A DNA stretch of 58,352 bases from Candidatus Kerfeldbacteria bacterium. GTDB taxonomy: Bacteria > Patescibacteriota > Patescibacteriia > UBA9570 > XYC2-FULL-38-9. The position numbers were made by a program, and so were the translations under genes. Numbering within the stretch: position 1 is the first letter of the stretch; every line of letters begins with the position of its first letter. The stretch is from the NCBI GenBank assembly GCA_018500015.2, contig JAHBAR020000015.1:1-58352 (forward strand), written 5' to 3'. The notes under the pieces were generated by a model. That model worked only from the letters and a program-made list of their open reading frames with translations, was not told where the DNA came from and ran no database searches. This document shows positions 51,483-58,352 of this stretch, piece after piece.

Positions 51483-51554
51483 GCCGGAGTAGCTCAGCGG
51501 TAGAGCAGTGGTTTTGTAAACCATTGGTCGGGGGTTCGATCCCTCTCTCCGGCT
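51483..51554 (+). tRNA. tRNA-Thr (TGT)
   Basis: Acceptor GCCGGAG/CTCCGGC, D arm GCTC-AGCGGTA-GAGC, anticodon loop TTTGTAA, and T loop TTCGATC. The T stem contains two G:U pairs. Confidence 0.85.
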
Positions 51555-51575
51555 CATAATTAATTCGCAACATCT

Positions 51576-51731
51576 ATGTCACAAGACAATCTGATTACGC
51601 TCGCATGCACAGTCTGCAAAGAGCAGAATTACCACACACACAAGAATGTGAAGAAGCTCAAAGGTCGTATGGAGATCAAGAAGCTTTGCCCAAAGTGCGG
51701 TAAGCACACCATGCACAAAGAGGATAAATAG
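51576..51731 (+). CDS. rpmG: 50S ribosomal protein L33 (51 aa; below the ORF-track size cutoff)
   Basis: Translation MSQDNLITLACTVCKEQNYHTHKNVKKLKGRMEIKKLCPKCGKHTMHKEDK*. It has two CxxC pairs and the typical L33 pattern. Confidence 0.9.
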   Translation: MSQDNLITLACTVCKEQNYHTHKNVKKLKGRMEIKKLCPKCGKHTMHKEDK

Positions 51732-51736
51732 TTTTT

Positions 51737-51768
51737 AACGCTCCAGAAATGGAGCGTTTGTGTTTTTT
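51737..51768 (+). terminator. Intrinsic terminator after rpmG
   Basis: Hairpin aacgctcc-agaaat-ggagcgtt followed by tgtgtttttt. Confidence 0.8.
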
Positions 51769-51780
51769 CTAGTCACTGAG

Positions 51781-51896
51781 AGTGGTCGGAACTCGTTCCC
51801 GGGTAGACGGCAACGCCGCACAGCGGCCTTGCCTACGCCTCAACTGCGCAGCTTGCGCTACTTGTTTCGCGTCTACCCTTCGATTCCGACAACTAC
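51781..51896. other. Single-copy GC-rich long hairpin (element F) whose arms resemble the tRNA-Trp 3' end
   Basis: The left arm agtggtcggaactcgttcccgggtagacg pairs imperfectly with the right arm cgtctacccttcgattccgacaactac. The 10-mer gtggtcggaa (51782-51791) repeats tRNA-Trp positions 51952-51961. Confidence 0.65.
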
Positions 51897-51946
51897 CGCA
51901 TACTTCTATAATAAAAACTCCCGGCTGGGAGTTTTTATTATAGATG

Positions 51947-52017
51947 CAGGGGTGGTCGGAATCGAACCGACAGTCTTCGCTCTGGAGGCGAGTGGTTTAC
52001 CGTTAACCGACACCCCT
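51947..52017 (-). tRNA. tRNA-Trp (CCA)
   Basis: On the minus strand: acceptor AGGGGTG/CACCCCT, D arm GGTT-AACGGTA-AACC, anticodon loop CTCCAGA, and T arm GTCGG-TTCGATT-CCGAC. There is one C-A mismatch at the top of the anticodon stem. A bidirectional hairpin terminator lies at 51911-51940. Confidence 0.85.
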
Positions 52018-52213
52018 ATGTGTCGAAAAAATATACAGATTTTAAAGCATTTTGTAAAGCTTTGCATCCATGTAGCGTTGACTTTTCTGCGCATTTTGTA
52101 GTGCTCTTTGAATCCACTGCTGACGTGTCTATTTCGGTCCCCTCGCGCTTAAGTTATAATGGCTTCATAATGATATTATTATCCATATAGAATTTATTAT
52201 TTAATCACAAGAT

Positions 52214-52549
52214 ATGACAACCACAGCATCGGGACTTCAATATGAGGATACACTTGTCGGAATAGGCGCAGAAGCAAAAAAAGGCGACACAGTTGAGATG
52301 CATTACACAGGCACACTCAATAACGGGCAACAGTTCGACAGCTCTCGAGGACGCGGCACATTTTCGTTTCAAATTGGTAGCGGCATGGTGATTGCTGGTT
52401 GGGAAGAAGGTATCCCGGGAATGAAAGTTGGTGGTAAACGTACGCTCATTATTCCATCTGACCTTGGCTATGGCGATTACGGGTACCCGGGTGTTATTCC
52501 ACCAAAAGCTACGCTACACTTTGAAGTCGAGTTGATTGCGTGTTCCTAA
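52214..52549 (+). CDS. FKBP-type peptidyl-prolyl cis-trans isomerase
   Basis: GLQYEDTLVGIG...GDTVEMHYTGTL.NGQQFDSS...F.FQIGSGMVIAGWEEGIPGMKVGGKRTLIIPSDLGYG. Confidence 0.93.
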   Translation: MTTTASGLQYEDTLVGIGAEAKKGDTVEMHYTGTLNNGQQFDSSRGRGTFSFQIGSGMVIAGWEEGIPGMKVGGKRTLIIPSDLGYGDYGYPGVIPPKATLHFEVELIACS

Positions 52550-52550
52550 A

Positions 52551-52672
52551 ATGGCACGCTGTCGGTGGCAGAGCCACACGACCCTTCGGGCTTGTTCTTC
52601 AGCCTTCCGGCTCTCTCACCGTACTTCCTGTACGGCTCGGTCGCCGCAAGGCTTCCAGAACGGCGCATTGTA
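52551..52672 (+). repeat. Family B structured repeat, copy B3 (palindrome site empty)
   Basis: It starts 2 nt after the FKBP stop and aligns with B1 and B2. At the insertion point it reads gacccttcgggcttgt. Confidence 0.9.
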
Positions 52673-52749
52673 CTTATTTTAGAAACACGCTTTCATCTTA
52701 GCGTAACCAAAGCGTGACACATTAACGGAATCGTTTACCAAAAATAAAG

Positions 52750-54201
52750 ATGAAAATATATATTTTTTTAGTGTTTGCTGCATTCAGTTTCTTGCCGTTT
52801 GCAAAAGTAGAGGCGCTCACCAACGATATTATTTTTCCGATTATCGGCGATGTGTCGTACATTGACGATTTTAATTTGGATTCGAGTCAAGGTCGTATTC
52901 ATCACGGTATCGATATGCTTGGTGAAAAAATGATGCCTCTCGTTGCAGCTGTTTCTGGACGCATTTCATTTGTCACATGGCCTGAAGCTGATTACGGATA
53001 TTATATCAGTTTGCGCGGCGATGATGGCTATGTGTATAACTACGTCCACATCAACAACGACACACCGGGCACTGACGACGGAAATGGCGGCGGCAATTTT
53101 GCTTATGCGCCATATGTGTTTTCTGGTGCCGACGTGCACGCTGGGCAACTGATTGGCTACATGGGTGATAGTGGAAACGCCGAAGGCACTGTCGCACATC
53201 TGCACTTTGAAATGCGCGACACTGATGACAATGCGTTTAGTCCCTACGATAGCTTGCAAGCTGCAGAACATATTACCACTCCGATCACACCACTTCAGCT
53301 TGATGACGAAATTCTTCCGTTTGGAGAGTTTCAGGGAGCCGTCCGTATTGCACTGGGTAATTTTGATGAGGATGAAGATATAGAAATTGTAGCCGGCGCA
53401 GGAGCGGGCGGTGGTCCGCAAGTGGTGGTCTATGGTCAGAAAGGAAAGTTGCTTCAAAGTTTTTTCGCTTTTGATGAAACAGCGCGTACTGGTATTGATG
53501 TTGCAGCGGCAGATATAAACAACGACGGTGTTGATGAAATTATCGTAGGTAGCGGACCGGGAATGACTTCAACCGTGAATGTGATGTCGCCAGAAGGTCT
53601 CACAGTCAAATCTATTCCAGTGTACGGCGATACACCCAACACCGATGGTGTGCGCGTCGCAGCGGCTGATGTTGATGGTGATGGCATCGCAGAAATTATT
53701 ACGGTCCCAGCTTCAGGGAGCGGTACAGAAGGGCGGGTATTTAGAATCGATGGCAGTGTGTGGCACAAGTTTACGATTGCGCCGCAGCCGTGTAGCGGTG
53801 GGTTTGATGTCACCGTGCGTGCAATTGATGAGGAGCGCCGACCGCGCATTGTGACTGGTGCAGGGGAAGGGTGCGCTCCTGAAGTGCGCGTGTTCAAACG
53901 CAGCGGTAAATTTATTCGCAGTTTTTACGCTGAGGATTATAGTTTCCGTGGAGGAATTGCTGTCAGCGTTGCAAACATCGACAGCAACACATTCGCCACA
54001 GAGATCCTTGTTGCATCTACATCTGACGCAGCACCAGAATTCAAAGTGCTCAGTATGCGAGGCGCGCTCAAAGATACGCTTACTCAATTCGAAGAGTGGT
54101 GGACAGGCGGTTACGATGTTGCTGCGGCAGAAGGCGTGGCATACGTTGCCTCTGCTGGAGGTCGTAGAGCCTCGGTGCGTGAGATGAATGATGAATCCTA
54201 G
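52750..54201 (+). CDS. Secreted M23 (LytM-type) metallopeptidase fused to FG-GAP/VCBS repeats
   Basis: A signal peptide, the HHGIDM and HLHFE zinc motifs, then GNFDEDEDIEIVAGAGAGGGPQVVVY, ADINNDGVDEIIVGSGPG and ADVDGDGIAEIITVP repeats. Confidence 0.85.
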   Translation: MKIYIFLVFAAFSFLPFAKVEALTNDIIFPIIGDVSYIDDFNLDSSQGRIHHGIDMLGEKMMPLVAAVSGRISFVTWPEADYGYYISLRGDDGYVYNYVHINNDTPGTDDGNGGGNFAYAPYVFSGADVHAGQLIGYMGDSGNAEGTVAHLHFEMRDTDDNAFSPYDSLQAAEHITTPITPLQLDDEILPFGEFQGAVRIALGNFDEDEDIEIVAGAGAGGGPQVVVYGQKGKLLQSFFAFDETARTGIDVAAADINNDGVDEIIVGSGPGMTSTVNVMSPEGLTVKSIPVYGDTPNTDGVRVAAADVDGDGIAEIITVPASGSGTEGRVFRIDGSVWHKFTIAPQPCSGGFDVTVRAIDEERRPRIVTGAGEGCAPEVRVFKRSGKFIRSFYAEDYSFRGGIAVSVANIDSNTFATEILVASTSDAAPEFKVLSMRGALKDTLTQFEEWWTGGYDVAAAEGVAYVASAGGRRASVREMNDES

Positions 54202-54351
54202 CGAAAATTGTAGAGAAGCACAGACTATTGAAGAGTTAGGTATTGCAGCACAGCGTTATGCTGAAGCATTTTTTCCTTCAGACCGTCAACAATCAACCGA
54301 AGCTGCGTAAGTCAAAGAAGTAGGACTTATTTTTTCTGTGGATAACTTTTC

Positions 54352-54382
54352 TTGACTCTGACGTTACGTTATAGTTTAACAT
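54352..54382 (+). promoter_or_regulatory. MerR-type promoter with 19-bp spacer (TTGACT-N19-TAACAT) containing a pseudo-palindrome acgttacgt
   Basis: An overlong 19-nt spacer with a dyad between the -35 and -10 boxes is the hallmark of MerR-family autoregulated promoters. It lies 35 nt upstream of the MerR-family gene. Confidence 0.6.
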
Positions 54383-54416
54383 AGGTATTGGCGGTGATCT
54401 ATTCCCGCCCATATAT

Positions 54417-55172
54417 ATGTCGTACACTGTTCAACAACTCGCTACACTTGCCGGCATCACGGTCCGCGCCTTGCATCACTACGATCAGATCGGATTGCTC
54501 AAGCCCTCGAGTGTACGCAAAAACGGATACCGAGAATACGAAAAAGCAGAGCTGCTCCGGCTGCAACAGATTTTGTTTTTTCGTGAACTCGATGTTTCGC
54601 TTCACGAAATCAAGCGCATACTCAATCGCCCAGATTTTGTGGTTGTTGATGCTTTGAGAGGGCAGCGTGTACAACTTCAAGCGCGAAAGCGACGGCTGGA
54701 ACGCTTATTGAAAACTATTGACACCACAATTACACATATGAACAAAAAAAATGAAATGAACGATTCCGAACTCTATGACGCATTCAAAGATCCTGATGTC
54801 GCTCAGTATCAAGACGAAGTCAAACAGCGATGGGGGAACACGGACGCGTACAAACAGAGCATGGTGCGCGTTTCGAAGATGACGAAGGCGGAGATGGATG
54901 CGCTCAAGAAAAACGGCAAAGCATTTATCAAGCGCTTAGGCGATGTTATGGCATCTGGCGCAGCCGTTGACTCCGAGGAAATGCAGAAGATGGTCGCCGG
55001 GTCATATAAGAATATTCAATTCTTCTACGACTGTTCCCTCGACATGTTTCGCCAACTCGGCGAAATGTATGTAGCCGATCCACGCTTTACCAAAACCTAT
55101 GACAGCGTCCGTCCAGGTCTTGCCGTTTATTACCGCGACGCCATTCGGGTGTACTGTACGCAGAATGCATAA
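54417..55172 (+). CDS. MerR-family transcriptional regulator with TipAS-like C-terminal effector domain (TipAL/Mta type)
   Basis: YTVQQLATLAGITVRALHHYDQIGLLKP...R.NGYREY (the MerR HTH), a coiled coil, and a helical C-terminal domain of about 140 aa. Confidence 0.85.
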   Translation: MSYTVQQLATLAGITVRALHHYDQIGLLKPSSVRKNGYREYEKAELLRLQQILFFRELDVSLHEIKRILNRPDFVVVDALRGQRVQLQARKRRLERLLKTIDTTITHMNKKNEMNDSELYDAFKDPDVAQYQDEVKQRWGNTDAYKQSMVRVSKMTKAEMDALKKNGKAFIKRLGDVMASGAAVDSEEMQKMVAGSYKNIQFFYDCSLDMFRQLGEMYVADPRFTKTYDSVRPGLAVYYRDAIRVYCTQNA

Positions 55173-55414
55173 ATTCATTCACGTTGCGCCACCAAATCCG
55201 ATTTGCCACGAAATCCGATTTGGTGGCAAAACGGATTTCCTATCACGGAATTCCATTTAAATTCAAGGTTTTTCTAAAAAATAGGGTGTTCCGATTTGGA
55301 GTACAATGGATTTTAGCACAAGAAAAAAGAAGACTCGTTGAGGTAGAGTAGTCGTCGGTGCGATAGTCGTGCTACACTGCAGCTCTTGGCCTTCCTCTCT
55401 GGTCGCATATATGT

Positions 55415-56662
55415 ATGACACAAGAAAAAGCACGCGAATACGCTCGTTTGGGGCGCAATCTATTTCTGACCGGCCCTGCAGGCTCAGGCAAAACGTATCT
55501 GCTCAATGCGGTTATTGAAGATGCAAAGTCTTCAGGCAAAAAAGTGGCGGTGACTGCTTCAACAGGCATTGCCGCGACGCACATTGGCGGCACAACCATC
55601 CATTCATGGTCCGGGATTGGAATTGCTGATAGCTTCACACCATATCAGCTCGACGCGCTGATGCAAAAAGAGCATCTGTTTAAGCGTTTTAAAAACACCG
55701 ATGTACTTATCATCGACGAAATTTCGATGTTCGATGCCGCGCGTGTCGACATGGTTGATCGTGTGATGCGTATGATTCGTGGCATTCAAGCCCCGTTTGG
55801 TGGTGTGCAGGTGATTTTTTGTGGCGACTTTTTTCAACTCCCTCCAATCACGCGCGGCAGTGCACCAGTGCGTTTTGCGTTTGAGGCCGAAGTATGGCAG
55901 CAGATGACCGACATGGTGATCTGCTATCTCGACACTGTGCATCGCCAAGACGAAAACGATCCGCTGCTGAAAATTTTGAGCGAAATGCGGTTGGGAAATT
56001 TGAGCGAAAGTGCGCTCGAAGATATTCAATCGCGCGTCGGAGAAGTGTTGCCTGATCACATTACGCCAACGCGTTTGTACACGCACAATGTCGATGTCGA
56101 TGCGCTCAACGACAAAGAGCTCGCGCAACTCTCCGGCAAGCACCAAGTATTCCACATGCAAAGCACCGGCAAAAAAGATGATGTTGCGTTGCTGAAAAAA
56201 TATTGCATGGCACCTGAAGAGTTGCATCTTAAAATCGGTGCAGCAGTGATGTGTGTAAAAAATAATCCAAAAGAAGGATATGTGAACGGTACGCTCGGTA
56301 CAGTGATTGGTTTCGGTCCTGGCTCTGTGAGTGTGCAAACAGCAGAAGGAAAAGAGATTGAAGTGTATCACGATAGTTGGGCGATTGAGCACGATGGCGT
56401 GCGCAAAGCACAAATTATGCAAATTCCTCTGCGCTTAGCATGGGCAATCACCGTGCACAAAAGCCAAGGTATGACGCTCGATGATGTTGTCGTGGATTTG
56501 TCGAAGTCGTTTACTCCAGGAATGGGCTACGTTGCACTTTCTCGTGTGCGTTCACTTTCTGGTTTGTATATTCAAGGTATCAATCAAAACGCATTGCGCG
56601 TCGATGATCGTGTTCAAAAACAAGACGCGTGGTTTCGAGAGCTTTCCAAAGCTGCTGAATAA
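55415..56662 (+). CDS. PIF1/RecD-like SF1B DNA helicase
   Basis: Walker A GPAGSGKTY, IIDEISM, FCGDFFQLPPI and AITVHKSQGMTLD, plus an SH3-like insert. The size is compact at 415 aa. Confidence 0.88.
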   Translation: MTQEKAREYARLGRNLFLTGPAGSGKTYLLNAVIEDAKSSGKKVAVTASTGIAATHIGGTTIHSWSGIGIADSFTPYQLDALMQKEHLFKRFKNTDVLIIDEISMFDAARVDMVDRVMRMIRGIQAPFGGVQVIFCGDFFQLPPITRGSAPVRFAFEAEVWQQMTDMVICYLDTVHRQDENDPLLKILSEMRLGNLSESALEDIQSRVGEVLPDHITPTRLYTHNVDVDALNDKELAQLSGKHQVFHMQSTGKKDDVALLKKYCMAPEELHLKIGAAVMCVKNNPKEGYVNGTLGTVIGFGPGSVSVQTAEGKEIEVYHDSWAIEHDGVRKAQIMQIPLRLAWAITVHKSQGMTLDDVVVDLSKSFTPGMGYVALSRVRSLSGLYIQGINQNALRVDDRVQKQDAWFRELSKAAE

Positions 56663-56695
56663 GTAAGCGTATTTTTTCTCTGCTGCATAGAGCAG

Positions 56696-57295
56696 TTATT
56701 TTTTCTGCTGACGATTGTTGTTATACTGTTTTCTTATTTTGAGAAAAATATTCAAACAGATAATTGCAATAATTGGTCCAAGAAGATCCATGGTGAGATC
56801 GTTGCCAGTGTCCATAGCGTCGCCAAAACGGTGCGAGCCCGTATACACATCCTCAAGGTATTCTTCAATTTCGTAGAGCGCTCCGGCTGCGAGCATAATG
56901 GCAACTGCCATAAAGCTGTAGAAGCGATTACTCAGTGTTGGATATAATGCACGCAGCACATGCCAGATCCAGATAGTGACAACTGAAGGAATAAAAAAGT
57001 GCAAGTATGCGTCATAGTTGGGGAGGATGGTGTAGAGATGACAAAAGTCGCCGATTGCGTCGATGTACACAGTAAGTGGAATCAAAATCGCCATTGTAAT
57101 TGAGTGGTGGTCGTGCACACTTGACCGGCGCATGAGTTTTTCCGTGTATTCAACCGCAATCCATACAGCAACGAGTGTGATAATTAAACCAATAACAGTG
57201 AATGTTGGTTGAATCGGAAAAAGTTTCAGCCCAACACATATCTCAAAAAGCAGCAAAGCACCAAACAACGTCCTCCAAATGAGTGAAGCTTTCAT
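56696..57295 (-). CDS. Integral membrane protein (about 5-6 TM), unknown function
   Basis: The start is set at ATG 57295 (MKASLIWRTLFGALLLF...); the longer track ORF adds a non-hydrophobic leader. No motif is recognised. Confidence 0.6.
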   Translation of the reverse strand: MKASLIWRTLFGALLLFEICVGLKLFPIQPTFTVIGLIITLVAVWIAVEYTEKLMRRSSVHDHHSITMAILIPLTVYIDAIGDFCHLYTILPNYDAYLHFFIPSVVTIWIWHVLRALYPTLSNRFYSFMAVAIMLAAGALYEIEEYLEDVYTGSHRFGDAMDTGNDLTMDLLGPIIAIICLNIFLKIRKQYNNNRQQKK

Positions 57296-57372
57296 AGGTT
57301 GTGTATTTTCTATACAAAAAGTATAGCGTAAGGCGGGTTTTTTTGCTATGATATGTGAAGAATATAAAATAC

Positions 57373-57762
57373 ATGCGTCATATTCCAACTCCACATACGC
57401 ACACACAGCTGCAGCGCTCTGCGCCAGATTTGACTGTGCACGATGCATGGCTTCAACTTGAAAGAGTGATGAATGAGGCTGGATATGTCATTCCTCACTC
57501 ACACAGTTTACGAAAGCATGTGACTGATATTTTAAAAGAGCGCTCACGCAGACACGCGCGTACTTTTAGCTTTCGTGAGGGTTTAGATGTTGTGCACAAT
57601 GCTGTTGCGCGTCATCAATATGAAACGCTAATGCAAGCCTGCTCAGCACAAGAACAAAAACTCTTTGCCGATTTTTTTCGCGATGTGTGTAACCGCACCA
57701 TAGGCGAGCCGCTCGATAACGAGATTATTTTACTTGAGGCGAGAAAGAGGTCGTCGTCCTGA
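57373..57762 (+). CDS. Hypothetical protein (about 129 aa)
   Basis: ORF track 57355 (GTG); the first ATG is at 57373. No motif is recognised. The last codons and the TGA stop lie inside the 44-nt shared motif. Confidence 0.45.
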   Translation: MRHIPTPHTHTQLQRSAPDLTVHDAWLQLERVMNEAGYVIPHSHSLRKHVTDILKERSRRHARTFSFREGLDVVHNAVARHQYETLMQACSAQEQKLFADFFRDVCNRTIGEPLDNEIILLEARKRSSS

Positions 57763-57796
57763 GGAGTGCTGAAAGCGGGACGTGAGGATCTCATGG
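57753..57796 (+). repeat. Second copy of the 44-nt motif gtcgtcctgaggag-(hairpin)-gacgtgaggatctcatgg
   Basis: The flanks match 28076-28121 exactly. The internal hairpin differs (ggtg..cacc versus tgc..gcg). It continues into a catggcc-gaaa-ggccatg terminator hairpin plus T-run. Confidence 0.85.
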
Positions 57797-57835
57797 CCGA
57801 AAGGCCATGTTTCTTTTGTATAAAAAAAGAGGCCC

Positions 57836-58234
57836 TCAGAACTGAAGTACCTGTTGAGGTTCTTCTGTCCTTGAGGGGAGATGGATCGTCAGTGCGACGA
57901 TCCAATCGGAGTCGGAAGCGTGAGCTTCCGTGATCACGCAGGCGCATGGCGCCCGCAGATCACTGACTCCGAACACTCCCTCGACCCAGCCCATGGGCTG
58001 GTCCCTTTCAAACCGTTGACCCGCGCGAGGCAGGTCGAGGGTTAGAATCGGACCAAGCTCCGTGAGGAGCTTGGTGGAGAGACGGAGGAGCATACACTCC
58101 TCCGAAAACTCGGCGATCCAATCGCCGATCTCTAGGGTCCGAGACCCTAGAGCGACCGTCACATGGACGGTCGGAACAGATCCGCCGTCCATGAGGCCCC
58201 CAATGTTGTATGATAAAGTATGACAGATAGCCAA
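57836..58234 (-). CDS. GcvH-like (lipoyl/biotinyl-attachment fold) protein lacking the lipoyl-lysine; GC3-rich and compositionally foreign
   Basis: GDWIAEF...LLTELGPILTLDLPRAGQRFERDQPMGWVEGVFGVSDLRAPCACVITEAH...SDWIVALTI parallels GcvH HEW...LGD.VFV.LPEVG......G.VESVKA.SD.YAP.SGE..EVN...GW. Phe replaces the modified Lys. The track start is TTG 58234; an alternative ATG at 58192 follows a G-rich stretch. Confidence 0.6.
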   Translation of the reverse strand: MAICHTLSYNIGGLMDGGSVPTVHVTVALGSRTLEIGDWIAEFSEECMLLRLSTKLLTELGPILTLDLPRAGQRFERDQPMGWVEGVFGVSDLRAPCACVITEAHASDSDWIVALTIHLPSRTEEPQQVLQF

Positions 58235-58352
58235 AAATGAGTCAAATGATTGATTTTAGGTCAACCTAACTAAAATGGAACAAGGTATACTACAGATGCC
58301 TATCTAAGCATTGACCTTGTTCCACAATGTACACACTATCAAATCCACCTAC

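Noticed and set aside
54188-54313. A 41-codon ORF (MMNPSENCREAQTIEELGIAAQRYAEAFFPSDRQQSTEAA) that overlaps the end of the M23 gene.
   Set aside because: It has no SD sequence and no recognisable motif. It is too short to support without conservation data.
55415-57295. The MerR regulator, PIF1-like helicase and membrane protein as a defence system.
   Set aside because: No nuclease, toxin, methyltransferase or other defence-associated partner is present. The genes have separate promoters and orientations. The association is not supported beyond adjacency.
1-58352. CRISPR array, or the dispersed repeats acting as CRISPR repeats.
   Set aside because: The repeats are 90-175 bp long, dispersed singly in intergenic regions and not regularly spaced by unique spacers. 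No cas genes are present.

Overview
This is a 58.4 kb chromosomal segment from a small-genome bacterium. Gene content and architecture fit a Candidate Phyla Radiation / Patescibacteria (Parcubacteria-like) organism. That placement is an inference from short compact operons, a T4SS-pilin-like (VirB2/TrbC-type) two-helix anchor on a giant surface protein, TSP3-repeat membrane proteins, several peptidoglycan-remodelling enzymes, and nrdR-cobO-nrdJ without B12 synthesis genes. The standard genetic code applies: TGA is used as a stop and an RF2 gene is present. About 48 protein genes lie mostly on the + strand: secD-secF, infC-rpmI-rplT, smpB plus tmRNA, a MacAB-like efflux trio, pheS-pheT, rpsU, ybeY-dgkA-ftsA-ftsZ, nrdR-cobO-nrdJ, htrA, prfB, argS, tRNA-Tyr/tRNA-Thr-rpmG, tRNA-Trp, an FKBP isomerase, a MerR/TipA-like regulator and a PIF1-like helicase. 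The features not explained by ordinary annotation are listed here. (1) At least three families of GC-rich, strongly structured intergenic repeats (here called A/C, B and D), plus several single-copy long hairpins. They show compensatory base-pair changes, a flipped inner hairpin, and a nested palindrome with a target-site-like duplication. (2) Two small GC3-rich, foreign-looking ORF islands sit next to copies of the same 44-nt motif; one encodes a GcvH-like protein that lacks the lipoyl-lysine. (3) A 2212-aa surface protein is anchored by a pilin-like N-terminus and is followed by two Ca-binding-repeat membrane proteins. (4) A 1427-aa orphan protein has a proline-rich disordered tail. (5) SecD carries an inserted, apparently circularly permuted parvulin PPIase domain. 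(6) tRNA 3'-end duplications and an unexplained 430-bp structured gap occur in the tRNA cluster. No CRISPR array, transposase, integrase or recognisable defence system was seen. All family assignments come from reading motifs by eye; no searches were run.
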